Assembly: GCA_043720395.1 (NCBI GenBank)
Contig: JAYSSR010000073.1
Coordinates: 5,217 to 69,216, forward strand
Direction: 5' to 3'
Source: Acidimicrobiia bacterium
Lineage (GTDB): Bacteria > Actinomycetota > Acidimicrobiia > Acidimicrobiales > JANYDT01
Length of the DNA: 64,000 nt
A program made the translations under genes and the position numbers. Positions 28,090 to 38,345 of this stretch are shown here, one piece after another; the first letter of the stretch is position 1, and each line of letters opens with the position of its first letter. Below the pieces are notes generated by a model. It saw only the letters and a list, made by a program, of their open reading frames with translations. It was not told the DNA's origin and made no database searches.

Positions 28090-28586
28090 CATCGTTCGAT
28101 CTCGAACAGGTCGACCGATTCGTGGTCGGCGCGGTCGGCATGCCGGGAGATCGGACGTTCTTCTTCCAGGTGCTCGCCGGGAAGACGCTGCTCGCGTTCA
28201 AGGCGGAGAAGTCGCAGATCGCAGCACTTGCCGCGCATCTCCAACGCATGCTTGCCGACCTGCCACCTGCGGTCGGGCTCAACGCCGAATGGTCGCAACT
28301 CGACCTCCCGGTGTTTCCGGAGTGGGACGTCGGCGCGATTGGCCTCGGCTATGAGCGGGAGTCGGATTCCGTCGTGATCGTGTTGAACGAACTCGAACGG
28401 GTGCAGTTCGGGCCCGAGCCAATCGAGGATGGAATCACTGGGCGAGCTCGGTTTCGCCTCACCCGACCGCAAGCGATCGCGTTCGTCACCCACGGGATCA
28501 AGCTCGTATCGTCGGGACGACCGGTCTGCACCCTCTGCGCTACACCCATCGACCCGGAGGGCTACAACTGTTCCTGCTTCAATTGA
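28086..28586 (+). CDS. DUF3090-family protein
   Basis: GTG at 28086 overlaps the upstream TGA (GTGA). VTSFDLEQVDRFVVGAVGMPGDRTFFFQV...CTLCATPIDPEGYNCSCFN matches my recollection of DUF3090. Confidence 0.8.
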   Translation: MTSFDLEQVDRFVVGAVGMPGDRTFFFQVLAGKTLLAFKAEKSQIAALAAHLQRMLADLPPAVGLNAEWSQLDLPVFPEWDVGAIGLGYERESDSVVIVLNELERVQFGPEPIEDGITGRARFRLTRPQAIAFVTHGIKLVSSGRPVCTLCATPIDPEGYNCSCFN

Positions 28587-28611
28587 GGCGGAAACAGCGG
28601 TAGGGACGCAG

Positions 28612-29430
28612 ATGTCAACCGACGCGACTACTGGCGATCCTGGGTTCGACGGCACAGCGCTCGACGGCACAGCGCTCGACGCCATGACCGACGGCGAGAT
28701 CACGGTCGAGGGGCGCATGCCTTGGAGCTCCAATGCGACGTTTCTCGTGCAACTCGCCGCGCCCGGGTCCGACGAGGTTGTCCTCCGAGCCATCTACAAA
28801 CCTCTCAAGGGTGAGCGGCCACTGTGGGACTACCCGACCGGCCTGTGGCGTCGAGAGGTGGCAGCGTCGGAGCTCTCCGAATTCCTCGGTTGGGACGCGA
28901 TCCCCCGCACCGTTGCGCGCGAAGGACCGTACGGAATTGGTTCGATGCAGCGCTTCGTGGACGCGGACTTCGAGCATCACTACTTCACGATCCGCGAGAC
29001 ACTGATCGCCACCCATCCGGCGCTCGACCGGCAGATGCGACGGCTGGCGACGTTCGATCTGCTTGCCAACAGCGGTGACCGGAAGGCCGGGCACGTATTG
29101 GTGGAGGGCCTCGGTCGCGGCGCTGAGGACCCACAGCGCCCTACGTGCGAAGTTCCGAACGTCTATGGGATCGACAACGGCCTGTCGTTCCACGACGAGC
29201 ACAAACTCCGCACCGTGATGTGGGACTACGTGGGCGAGCCCATCGACGACGAGTTGCTGACCGACGTGGAACGTCTCATTGAGGCCTCACCCGACGACCT
29301 TGAGCGGCTCTACAGGCTGCTCTCGGCCGACGAGATGGACGCACTGATCGAGCGCGCCCACGACGTCCTGCTTTCGCCGGTGTTCCCGCCTCCGTGGTCG
29401 AACCATGCGTACCCGTGGCCGATGGTCTGA
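28612..29430 (+). CDS. SCO1664-family protein (kinase-like fold, uncharacterised)
   Basis: EGRMPWSSNATFLV...AIYKPLKGERPLWDYPTGLWRREVAASELS...NSGDRKAGHVL...GIDNGLSF. Start set at ATG 28612. Confidence 0.75.
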   Translation: MSTDATTGDPGFDGTALDGTALDAMTDGEITVEGRMPWSSNATFLVQLAAPGSDEVVLRAIYKPLKGERPLWDYPTGLWRREVAASELSEFLGWDAIPRTVAREGPYGIGSMQRFVDADFEHHYFTIRETLIATHPALDRQMRRLATFDLLANSGDRKAGHVLVEGLGRGAEDPQRPTCEVPNVYGIDNGLSFHDEHKLRTVMWDYVGEPIDDELLTDVERLIEASPDDLERLYRLLSADEMDALIERAHDVLLSPVFPPPWSNHAYPWPMV

Positions 29431-29448
29431 GAACTCCGCTTGCGTGCC

Positions 29449-31137
29449 CTAGGGCAGCGTGACTGCGCCAGTTTCCGCGCCCTGCACGAGCACCGCGTAC
29501 TTGGCGAGAACACCGCTCGTGTAACGCGGTGTCGGAACCTTCCAGTCGGCTCGGCGGCGAACGATCTCGTCAGCGTCGACGAGCAGATCGAGCGCCCGGT
29601 TCGGCACGTCGACCTTGACCACATCGCCGTCGCGCATGAACGCGATCGGGCCGCCGTCAACGGCCTCGGGAGCGACGTGGCCGATGCAGAAACCCCACGT
29701 GCCGCCGGAGAAGCGGCCGTCGGTAATGAGCGCGCAACTGCTTCCGAGCCCAGCGCCTTTCATGGCACCGGTGATCGCCAGCATCTCGCGCATGCCGGGA
29801 CCACCCTTCGGCCCCTCGTAGCGAATCACCACGACGCTGCCGTGCTCGATCTTGCCGCCGAGGATGGCGTCCATCGCGTCGTCTTCCCCGTCGAACACGC
29901 GAGCCGGGCCCTCAAAGTTCAGCTGGTCCTTCGTGAGGCCGGCAACCTTCACCACGCTGCCCTTCGGGGCGAGCGTGCCGTGCAACACCACGATGCCGGG
30001 GTCGGCGTGGATTGGGTCGCTCAGCGTATGGATCACGCGCCCATCCGGTTTCGGCGGGTTGATCGCAGCGAGGTTCTCCGCCATGGTCTTGCCCGTGACC
30101 GTCATGGCGTCGCCGTGCAGCAGGCCCGCTTCGAGCAGGTGGGCGAGCACAACGGGGATGCCGCCGACCGCGTCGATGTCGGTCATGTGAAAGCGACCGC
30201 CGGGCTTGGTGTCGGCGATATGGCTCACGCGCTTTCCGACGCGGTTGAAATCTTCCAGCCGCAGATCGACTCGCGCTTCATGCGCGATCGCGAGGAGATG
30301 GAGCACCGCGTTCGTGGAGCCACCAAGCGCCATCGTGAGTGCGATTGCATTCTCGAACGCCTCCATCGTCATGATCTGACGCGCTCGAATGTTGTTGTCA
30401 ACAAGGTTCATCACCGCTCTGCCGCTTTCGTAGGCAAAGTCGTCACGCCGACGATCGACCGCAGGCGCGCACGCACTACCCGGCAGTGACATTCCGAGTG
30501 CTTCGCCGATACTCGCCATCGTGTTCGCCGTGAACATGCCGGCACACGATCCTTCGGTCGGACACGCGTTGTGCTCGATCAGCGACAGTTCTTCATCAGT
30601 GAGCGTACCTACGGCATGGGCCCCAACAGCTTCAAACACGCTCGTGATGTCGAGCGCCTCACCCTTCGCTCCGCGTCCGGGAAGGATCGTGCCGCCATAG
30701 AGGAAGATGCTCGGCAGGTTCAGCCTCGCCGCCGCCATGAGCATGCCGGGAAGGCTCTTGTCGCAGCCCGCGAACGTGGCGAGCGCGTCGAAACGCTCGG
30801 CATGCATGACCGTCTCGACGGAGTCGGCGATGACCTCGCGTGACACAAGCGAAGCGCGCATACCTTCGTGACCCATCGAAATGCCGTCCGACACGGCGAT
30901 CGTGACGAACTCCAGCGGAAACCCCCCGGTGTCGCGCACGCCTTGCTTTGCTCGCTTCGCCAGACGGTCGAGCGGCAGGTTGCAGGGCGTGACCTCGTTC
31001 CAGCTCGACGCGACGCCGACCTGTGGCTTGTCCCAGTCCAGATCCGTCATGCCGACGGCTCGGAGCATTGCCCTTGCGGGTGCTTTCTTGGCACCTTCCG
31101 TGACGTCGGTGGATCGGATCTTGCGTGGATCGGCCAT
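29449..31137 (-). CDS. ilvD: Dihydroxy-acid dehydratase
   Basis: 562 aa with IlvD signatures ([35 protein letters not shown]). Confidence 0.95.
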   Translation of the reverse strand: MADPRKIRSTDVTEGAKKAPARAMLRAVGMTDLDWDKPQVGVASSWNEVTPCNLPLDRLAKRAKQGVRDTGGFPLEFVTIAVSDGISMGHEGMRASLVSREVIADSVETVMHAERFDALATFAGCDKSLPGMLMAAARLNLPSIFLYGGTILPGRGAKGEALDITSVFEAVGAHAVGTLTDEELSLIEHNACPTEGSCAGMFTANTMASIGEALGMSLPGSACAPAVDRRRDDFAYESGRAVMNLVDNNIRARQIMTMEAFENAIALTMALGGSTNAVLHLLAIAHEARVDLRLEDFNRVGKRVSHIADTKPGGRFHMTDIDAVGGIPVVLAHLLEAGLLHGDAMTVTGKTMAENLAAINPPKPDGRVIHTLSDPIHADPGIVVLHGTLAPKGSVVKVAGLTKDQLNFEGPARVFDGEDDAMDAILGGKIEHGSVVVIRYEGPKGGPGMREMLAITGAMKGAGLGSSCALITDGRFSGGTWGFCIGHVAPEAVDGGPIAFMRDGDVVKVDVPNRALDLLVDADEIVRRRADWKVPTPRYTSGVLAKYAVLVQGAETGAVTLP

Positions 31138-31190
31138 GCTCCGAGCCTATTCGCTCGGGTTACAGGCCCCAGGCGAGAGCCGACAGACCA

Positions 31191-31775
31191 CTAAACCGGG
31201 ACGCTCTGCTCCGCCCTCGCGAGCACAACATCGAGCAGGGCGAGAACGGACTCCTTCACCTGACCTCGTGACCGCGCGTCGGTCGTCACAATCGGCGTGG
31301 TTGAGTCGAGGTCCAGCGCAGCACGGACGGCATCGAGATCGTGGAACAGCGTCCCGTCGAAGAGATTGACGGCGACGACGTACGGAATCTTGCGACTCTC
31401 GAAGTAGTCGAGCGCCGGGAAGCTGTCTTCGAGACGCCTCGAGTCGATGATCACCACGGCACCGAGCGCACCCTTGATCAGGTCGTCCCACATGAAGCCG
31501 AAACGATCCTGGCCCGGGGTACCGAACATGTACAGCACGAGGGTGTCGTCGATCGCAGTGCGACCGAAGTCCATAGCAACCGTGGTGGTGGTTTTGGTGG
31601 AAACGTCGCCTCGGTTGTCGAGACCACGTGCGGCCGTGGTCATTGCCGCTTCGGTGGTCAACGGCGCAATGTCGGAAAGCGCACCGACAAAGGTCGTCTT
31701 GCCGACGCCGAAACCACCGGCGACGACGATCTTGACCGGGATCGGTCGGGGCTTGGGATTAGAGGGCGCGAACAC
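31191..31775 (-). CDS. Conservon GTPase (CvnD-like, small Ras/MglA-like ATP/GTP-binding protein)
   Basis: P-loop VAGGFGVGKTTF and switch II FGTPGQDRF. Last gene of the four-gene conservon arrangement. Confidence 0.85.
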   Translation of the reverse strand: MFAPSNPKPRPIPVKIVVAGGFGVGKTTFVGALSDIAPLTTEAAMTTAARGLDNRGDVSTKTTTTVAMDFGRTAIDDTLVLYMFGTPGQDRFGFMWDDLIKGALGAVVIIDSRRLEDSFPALDYFESRKIPYVVAVNLFDGTLFHDLDAVRAALDLDSTTPIVTTDARSRGQVKESVLALLDVVLARAEQSVPV

Positions 31776-32211
31776 CGTGGATCAACCTCCTCAACATCGC
31801 AACGTCACCGGACAGATTCTCCTGTGGGAGGTGAGCATCAAGCACCTTCTCGCCGACCATGTCGGCCGCGAGGACACGGATCGTGCCGAGTGGCACATGA
31901 AGTTTCGCGGCGAGTTCCGCTATTGACTGCGCACCTTCAGCGCAAAGTTCAGCAATCGCGGCCCGCTCGAACGCGAAATTTTCGCAAGCCGTACGACCGC
32001 GTTCCGACAATGAAACCATCGACTCGAAGGCAAGATCGACGTGCGAGGTCGTTCGTCCATTCGTGAGCATGAACGCGCGAACGGTTGGCTCGGTACTCGT
32101 GCTCTCGGGTGCCGAAGCGGACCGCAGTCCCCCGAGAAACGACCGCACGAGGCCGACGTCATCGTCGGCATCGTCGGCTTCGTCGGTGTCGGATGGCGAC
32201 GGCATGGTCAT
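31759..32211 (-). CDS. DUF742 protein (CvnC-like)
   Basis: VRAFMLTNGRT...ICAE..QSIAELAAKLHVPLGTIRVLAADM pattern. Overlaps both neighbours. Confidence 0.8.
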   Translation of the reverse strand: MTMPSPSDTDEADDADDDVGLVRSFLGGLRSASAPESTSTEPTVRAFMLTNGRTTSHVDLAFESMVSLSERGRTACENFAFERAAIAELCAEGAQSIAELAAKLHVPLGTIRVLAADMVGEKVLDAHLPQENLSGDVAMLRRLIHGVRAL

Positions 32212-32624
32212 ACCGCAGCGAGTGAGTTCTTAAGTTCGCTGATCAACTCCGGCGTCAGCTGGCTGCCGACACGCTGGACCAGAAGCGTGATCTCGTAGCC
32301 GACAAGGCCGAGATCGCAGTCCTTCTCCGACACCACCCCCAGGGACGCCCCGCCGCTGATTGCGGCAACGAAGAGATACGCCGAACCCATTTCGATGATG
32401 ACCTGCGACAGGCCGCCCGTATTGAGTATCCGCGACGCGCCGTCAGAAAGGCTACGCAGGCCCGTCACGATGGCGGCCATCTTGTCCGCTGACGCTCGAT
32501 CAAGCAGCGAAGCCGTTGCCATGAGCAACCCATCCGAGGAGACCGCAATGCACTGGTCGACGCCGGGTGTCTTGTCGACAAAGTTGGAAAGGAGCCAATT
32601 GATGTTGTTGGCCTGCGAACTCAC
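32208..32624 (-). CDS. Roadblock/LC7 domain protein (CvnB-like)
   Basis: NWLLSNFVDKTPGVDQCIAVSSDGLLMA...LSQVIIEMGSAYLFV is the typical Robl_LC7 pattern. Confidence 0.85.
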   Translation of the reverse strand: MSSQANNINWLLSNFVDKTPGVDQCIAVSSDGLLMATASLLDRASADKMAAIVTGLRSLSDGASRILNTGGLSQVIIEMGSAYLFVAAISGGASLGVVSEKDCDLGLVGYEITLLVQRVGSQLTPELISELKNSLAAV

Positions 32625-34663
32625 CGTCCTACCTCCTCGCCAGCAGCGGTGGGCATTCGGCCGAGTCGTTCGGCGTCAATCGCGTCCGCCTCGACGCGGT
32701 GGGCCTTCGCTACGCCACTCTGCAAGCTGGACAACGACGAGCGCACCGCCGCGGCATCGCGCGGCTGGGTGGGTTGGCTGGCCGCAGGACCGACGTCGGG
32801 CAGATTGGCCCCTCGTACTCGACGGGTCAGCGCGCCCGGTGTACCGGGTGAACGCAATGGCTCGTCCATTGTCTCGTTCACCGTGACAGGACGACGCTCG
32901 TACATGGTGGAGTTGTCGCCGAACGTCGACTCGAAGGGCTCAAACGCCGCAGACGAAACGTAGTTCGAAGGTGTAACTGTTGACGCGACCGAGGTCGGCA
33001 GCGAGGCTGGCGTGTTCGGCGCACTTGCGACAGGTGCCTGCGCCACCGCAGCGCCGGTCGGCGGCATCGTCTCGGTCATCGTCGCTTCGTGGAGCAGGCC
33101 GAGCGGAAGGAGGACTTGGACGGCAGTACCTCGTGACACGCTCTCTGCGAGGCTTACCTTGATGCTGTACCGGGCCGCTAGATGTCCGGTCACGAGGTGG
33201 CCGAGAACCTTGGTCGGTTCGAGGTCGAATTCGGCAGGACTGGCGATTCGCTTGTTGGCTGCTTCGATATCCTCGCTTGACATGCCGACGCCGTCGTCGG
33301 AGATCACGATCACGTAGCCGTCTAGGCGTTGACGGCCCGTGACGGTTACGCGCGACGTCGGCGGCGAGAAGAAGGTTGCGTTCTCGATCAGTTCCGCGAG
33401 GAGGTGGCTGACGTCGGTAACTGCGGCACCCTTGATCGAGGCAGGATCAATCCGCGCATAGTCGACCTGGTCGTATGCCTCAATCTGCGAAAGGGCGGAC
33501 CGGACAAGGTCGCCAACGGAGACCGGCGTCGAGTAGAGCTTCGGACTCTCGCTACCTGCCAGCACCAGGAGTGACTCGGCGTTGCGTCGGATTCGCGTCG
33601 TGAGGTGATCGAGACGGAAGAGCTGTTCCAGTTTGGACGAATCACGCTCCTCCTGTTCCATCTTTGACAGCGAGGAAAGCGTGCGCTTCAGCAGGACCTG
33701 GTTCCGCCTTGCGATGTTCACCAAGTTGTCGCTCACGTTGCGTCGCACGCGGGCCTGTTCGGCCGCGACACGAACGGCGGTCGTCTGCATGGAATCGAGT
33801 GCTCGCGAGAGTTCGCCGAGCTCGGAGTGATCACCTGAGAACTTCGATTCGAAGGTCGCAACTCCAGCTGTCTCGTCACCGGCCTGAATGCGGATGACGG
33901 TTGCGGGAAGATCGCGTTCCGCAGCATCGCGAGCTGCGCGGGTCAGGAACACCACCGGATTGCTGATCGAGCGAGCTGCCAGCAATGCCACAGCGGCGGC
34001 AGCTGCGAACACGGTCAGCGCCACCAGAGCGAGCGCCTTGAGCCGACCGTCGACGAGCGTCGTTGTGCTCTTCTCGATCTGGATCTGACGAGCAATCGTT
34101 AGTTTCACCGACTCGTCAATTGCTGCGCGGTGCGCAGAATAGAGCGGGCGAAGTTCAGCGTCGAAGACCCGAGTTACGTCGGTTTGCATTTGTGGCGTGG
34201 GGTTGGAGCGAAGGGCGAGAACAGCCGGAACAAAACGTTCCTGGATGGCAGAGAAGTACCTGCGACCCTGAACAAATGCTTCGCGCATGGGGTCGCGCAT
34301 GGAGTCCTTCGCCGAGAGGGTCAGCTGCCAATGCTGATGACGCGCCTCGAATTCCTTTTCGCGCTCGGCGAGCTTGCTGACAAGGGAGTCCGTTTCGGAA
34401 CCGGCACCACGACTGAGGAGCGACGCAATGAGATGGGTCTCAACGAGAAATGCCGGTGGGGGAAGAATGTCTGCTTCGAGGTCCTTCGCGTCCGCAATCT
34501 CGCGGTATTGGGTGCCGTTGACCTTCACCGTCTGGAACGTTGGATAGGCAATCGCCGCAAGTCCCACGATGGCCAGAAGTGGAAACGCCGAGGTGAGAAG
34601 TAGCTTCGATCGAAGATTGAGTCTGCGGAGCACCGCGGTCCTTTCCCATTGGCATTGCGCCAA
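32621..34663 (-). CDS. Conservon sensor kinase-like protein (CvnA-like: TM, HAMP, HATPase)
   Basis: LVNIARRNQVLLKRTL...LFRLDHLTTRIRRNAESLLVLAG and ELIENATFFSPP...DDGVGM match the CvnA family pattern. Confidence 0.85.
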   Translation of the reverse strand: MAQCQWERTAVLRRLNLRSKLLLTSAFPLLAIVGLAAIAYPTFQTVKVNGTQYREIADAKDLEADILPPPAFLVETHLIASLLSRGAGSETDSLVSKLAEREKEFEARHQHWQLTLSAKDSMRDPMREAFVQGRRYFSAIQERFVPAVLALRSNPTPQMQTDVTRVFDAELRPLYSAHRAAIDESVKLTIARQIQIEKSTTTLVDGRLKALALVALTVFAAAAAVALLAARSISNPVVFLTRAARDAAERDLPATVIRIQAGDETAGVATFESKFSGDHSELGELSRALDSMQTTAVRVAAEQARVRRNVSDNLVNIARRNQVLLKRTLSSLSKMEQEERDSSKLEQLFRLDHLTTRIRRNAESLLVLAGSESPKLYSTPVSVGDLVRSALSQIEAYDQVDYARIDPASIKGAAVTDVSHLLAELIENATFFSPPTSRVTVTGRQRLDGYVIVISDDGVGMSSEDIEAANKRIASPAEFDLEPTKVLGHLVTGHLAARYSIKVSLAESVSRGTAVQVLLPLGLLHEATMTETMPPTGAAVAQAPVASAPNTPASLPTSVASTVTPSNYVSSAAFEPFESTFGDNSTMYERRPVTVNETMDEPLRSPGTPGALTRRVRGANLPDVGPAASQPTQPRDAAAVRSSLSSLQSGVAKAHRVEADAIDAERLGRMPTAAGEEVGR

Positions 34664-34840
34664 GAGGTACTTCGGTCCGTGGCACCGCAGCCTTTACAGG
34701 TGCGGTTGAAGATCGACAGATTCGACACGAAATGAGCCCTGAGTCAGCGGGTATCAGCCGTTCGACCCATTTCTCGCAGTTCTGCTCGGAGACCCTGATA
34801 AGAGGGCGAGCCGATAGGCGAGCGCTCAATCAGACACAGC

Positions 34841-34871
34841 AGAATAAATCGAGCGGCGAAGCCGGTCGCCG
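34841..34871 (-). terminator. Possible intrinsic terminator after the GGDEF-EAL gene
   Basis: Minus-strand RNA CGGCGA-ccggcu-UCGCCG (6-bp GC stem) followed by CUCGAUUUAUUCU, about 50 nt after the stop. Confidence 0.3.
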
Positions 34872-34920
34872 GACATCGTTGCGCCGCAGTCGTGCCCTAT
34901 CCGCTCGGCCTCTATGAAGC

Positions 34921-37182
34921 TCACAGCTCAACGGCAAAGGGAAGATCATTTTCGCGCCGCGACGATTCCTCGGCGGCGCGCTGCAGACTCTCGGCCGGAA
35001 GGGGTCGGGCAAAGAAGTATCCCTGTCCGTATGTGCACCCATGCTCACGCAGCCAGATCAACTGCTCTTCGCTCTCCACACCTTCCGCGACCGTTTCAAA
35101 ACCGAGCGCCTTCGCGAGTTCAAGGATCGCTCGCACAAAAGAATCGGCTTCGAGCTCTCGTCGGCTCGGCCGCTCACAGATGAATGATCGATCGATCTTT
35201 ACCGAGTTCACGGGGAGTCGGTGGAGGTAGCTCAGCGAGCTATAACCGGTTCCGAAATCGTCAATCGCCAACTTCACGCCGATTTCGCGGATGTCATTCA
35301 ACCGGCGCACGGTCGTCTCAATGTCGTCGAGCACGACTGACTCAGTGATCTCAAGGATAAGAAGCTCCGGCGGAAGTCCGGTGCGCGCGAGTTCATCCTT
35401 GACGATGACCAGAAGTTCCTCGTCGGCGAGCTGCTTGGCAGAGACGTTGACGTGCATCGAGATCCGAAGATCGGGTGGCAGCCGGGCCGCCGCAGCGATG
35501 GCTTCGCGCAGGGCCCAGCGTCCTATGTCGACAATCGACCCCGTCTCCTCCGACAACGGGATGAAGACATCCGGCGGGACAACGCCGCGGTGCGGGTGAA
35601 ACCAACGCAGCAGCGCCTCGACACCGTGCATCCGATTGTCCTCGAGCGACACGATCGGCTGAAAGTACAGGCGCAGCTGATTCAGTTCAATCGCGCGACG
35701 AAGTTCACTGTCGAGTTCCAGGCGTTCCGCGACTTCTTGGAACATCAAGTTGTGGAAGCGAACGACCCGGTTCTTTCCGCGTTCCTTCGCTGCGTACATG
35801 GCCGTGTCCGCGTTGCGCAGTATCTCCTCGACGGTGATTTCAGGTGCCGCTTCCGCGATCCCGATGCTCGCCCCTACGAACACTTCCTTTCCGCGAATGC
35901 GTGCCGGTTGGCGGATAGCATCGAGCATCCGATTTGCCAGGACATCGGCGAGCTTCGTTCTTGGATCCTCGACAAGCACGGCGAACTCGTCGCCGCCGAG
36001 CCGTGCGAGGGTATCGGAGGGTCGAATCAGCGCGCGAAGGCGAAGGCCCATTTCCACAATCAGTTCGTCGCCGGCCTCGTGCCCAAGCGAGTCGTTAACG
36101 TTTTTGAATCCGTCAAGGTCGATGAACAGCACGGACACAATCGCCCCGGATCGACCCGCCCGGGCGAGCGAGATGGTCGCCCTATCTCGGAAGAGCGCCC
36201 GATTCGGCAGTCCAGTCAGCGTGTCGTGGAAAGCCTTTTGGATGAGTTCCAACTCGACTCGGTGGCGTTCGCTTGCATCGTTCAGCACCCAGAGCAGGGT
36301 CGCCTTCCCAATCGTGCACCGCGAAACCGCAACCTCCACAAAATGATCGAGACCTCGGGCGCGACGAACAAAGGACGTCTTACGAGGCGTCGAGGTGGCC
36401 GTAACGCCCCGCCGGATCTCATCGAGCGTTGCCCGTTCGATGTCTCGGAGAATGTCGTCAATGCGAATCAGCGGTGTTCCCGCAACGATTCCGACGAGGG
36501 CGGGAACTCCCTCACTCATCTGAGTGATGAATCCGTCGTCATCCGTGACCACCACGTGTTCATGAAGGGTCGTCGCAAGATCGGTCAGCTCGGTAATCCG
36601 ACGCTTCTTACGACCAGTCGATCTGTGCCGCAATCCCAACCCGGCAAGCACAGGCACAAAGCCGACCACCGGCCACATCCACGGGAGAGATCGACGGGGA
36701 GCCCGGGTTCCTTTCGCATCGAAGGGTGCGAGTGCAGCGAAGAGATCGTCGGCTGACGAAGCCGCATCCGTCCCGGCGATTTGCAGCGCTTGGCCGTACT
36801 CGCCAGCGTCGAGAGCGTGAAATTGTCGCTCTGCCATTGCGCGGAAACGAACGAGTTCGGAAACCGCGCGATCAATCTCGGTTGGTGTCCCGGCCGTCCC
36901 CGCCAGTTCGTTTTCGATCGCGTCGACTCCGGCGGTGAACGAATCTCGAAGCTCATTGATCGTAAAGGGATCGGCAACCAGCGAACCGAGCCGAATTCGA
37001 TCAGCATTCCGCGCCGTGTTGCTCATCGGAACCCCGGTCTTTCCGGTCATGGCCGTGCCGTGAAGCATGGAATACACGAAAGCGAATCCCGTGAATCCGA
37101 CCAGGACGGCCGCGAAGAGGCACGCTCCCGCCACGACAATGCGCCCGACACGCGAGCGGGCGGCGGCGGTGGCGGCTGACAT
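34921..37182 (-). CDS. Membrane-anchored PAS-GGDEF-EAL protein (c-di-GMP turnover)
   Basis: RLGGDEFAV (GGDEF) and EALLRW...EITES...DDFGTGYSSL (EAL). Two TM segments flank an extracytoplasmic domain. Start set at MSAATAA (37182). Confidence 0.9.
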   Translation of the reverse strand: MSAATAAARSRVGRIVVAGACLFAAVLVGFTGFAFVYSMLHGTAMTGKTGVPMSNTARNADRIRLGSLVADPFTINELRDSFTAGVDAIENELAGTAGTPTEIDRAVSELVRFRAMAERQFHALDAGEYGQALQIAGTDAASSADDLFAALAPFDAKGTRAPRRSLPWMWPVVGFVPVLAGLGLRHRSTGRKKRRITELTDLATTLHEHVVVTDDDGFITQMSEGVPALVGIVAGTPLIRIDDILRDIERATLDEIRRGVTATSTPRKTSFVRRARGLDHFVEVAVSRCTIGKATLLWVLNDASERHRVELELIQKAFHDTLTGLPNRALFRDRATISLARAGRSGAIVSVLFIDLDGFKNVNDSLGHEAGDELIVEMGLRLRALIRPSDTLARLGGDEFAVLVEDPRTKLADVLANRMLDAIRQPARIRGKEVFVGASIGIAEAAPEITVEEILRNADTAMYAAKERGKNRVVRFHNLMFQEVAERLELDSELRRAIELNQLRLYFQPIVSLEDNRMHGVEALLRWFHPHRGVVPPDVFIPLSEETGSIVDIGRWALREAIAAAARLPPDLRISMHVNVSAKQLADEELLVIVKDELARTGLPPELLILEITESVVLDDIETTVRRLNDIREIGVKLAIDDFGTGYSSLSYLHRLPVNSVKIDRSFICERPSRRELEADSFVRAILELAKALGFETVAEGVESEEQLIWLREHGCTYGQGYFFARPLPAESLQRAAEESSRRENDLPFAVEL

Positions 37183-37278
37183 GGACTGACCGCGACCATC
37201 GGCAAGGCACGACAGGCCCTTGAGAACGTTGGACCAGCCGACACCGTTCACCGGTCCATCGACCTCTACCATGGACTC

Positions 37279-37674
37279 GTGACGCAGCCCGTGGACCAAC
37301 CCGCCGTTGGTGAGTTGCTGAACGCGCTGTCACCTGCAGCGCAGCTCAGACGAAAAATCCGCGTGACGAAGTTGATCGCGGGGATCGAGACGATTACGTA
37401 CCTGATCCTGCTCCCCTTGATGGTCCGCCGGTACGCACTCAACGCCCACGAAGAGACATGGCAGTTTCTCCTGCGGCGGATCACTGCCTATTTCCACGGC
37501 TTCGTGTCGATCGCTTACGGCGTGATGATTCTCGACATCTACCGCGCAATGCGTTGGTCGAGAAGGTTCGCGCTCCTGTCCCTCGCTGGTCCGCCCGGTG
37601 CGGTGATCGCCTACCGACGGCTCGCCGCGCAACCCCTTCCCGAGTCCGTGACCGCCAATCAGATGCTCTTTTAG
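37279..37674 (+). CDS. DUF3817-like small integral membrane protein
   Basis: 131 aa, 3-4 predicted TM helices, IAGIETITYLILLPLM...YFHGFVSIAYG pattern. Confidence 0.65.
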   Translation: MTQPVDQPAVGELLNALSPAAQLRRKIRVTKLIAGIETITYLILLPLMVRRYALNAHEETWQFLLRRITAYFHGFVSIAYGVMILDIYRAMRWSRRFALLSLAGPPGAVIAYRRLAAQPLPESVTANQMLF

Positions 37675-37731
37675 TGCATCCGAACTCGCACCGCAACGGG
37701 CGGCGCTTAAGGAATCGGCTTCGATCTGCCG

Positions 37732-38286
37732 ATGCCTCTCCTCATGGATTTGGCTCACACCACCGCTGTTGATCGCGCCGCCAGCCTGATTTCGCTTCCG
37801 GACACGCTCGAAACCCGGGTCAAGGCGGCGAAGAAGACCATCGTGGCGAGCGGAATGCGCGTCGGACGCTCCGGCGTCATGATCAGTACCCTTGGCGCAG
37901 TCCTCGCCGTCGCGGCATGGAAGATGAAGACGCCGGTTTCAGGACTTGGCATCGCGATTGGCGTCGGCGCGCTGCTCTTCGGCCTTGTTCCGTTCAGCAT
38001 TGGGTGGGGTTTGTCCAAGGCCGGATCGCCGTTTCTTCGGGCGCTCAGCGACTCGTCGGTTGTCCGTGCGTTGTTCATGGATGCGAGCCAATTGGCGGGA
38101 GGACGCCGCTCATTGTCACTCCTGCTGACCGACGGAACTCGTCAGACCTTGGCGCTGAAGTCGATGGAGGCGCAAGAGGTCGTGGACCTTGTCGGTGTCT
38201 TCAGCCCCGGTGCCGAACGTGGCGAACGTGATCACGCCCAACGGGTCATCGCACAACTGATGACCGCACAACTGATGACAGCGTAG
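37732..38286 (+). CDS. Hypothetical membrane protein ending in a duplicated AQLMT motif
   Basis: 184 aa with two central TM helices. No family recognised. 15-bp duplication at 38251-38280. Confidence 0.5.
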   Translation: MPLLMDLAHTTAVDRAASLISLPDTLETRVKAAKKTIVASGMRVGRSGVMISTLGAVLAVAAWKMKTPVSGLGIAIGVGALLFGLVPFSIGWGLSKAGSPFLRALSDSSVVRALFMDASQLAGGRRSLSLLLTDGTRQTLALKSMEAQEVVDLVGVFSPGAERGERDHAQRVIAQLMTAQLMTA

Positions 38287-38345
38287 CGGCGGCCCGTTCG
38301 CCCGGACCGAACGTGCGCTTCAGTATCTGGTCGCTCGCTCTCAGC

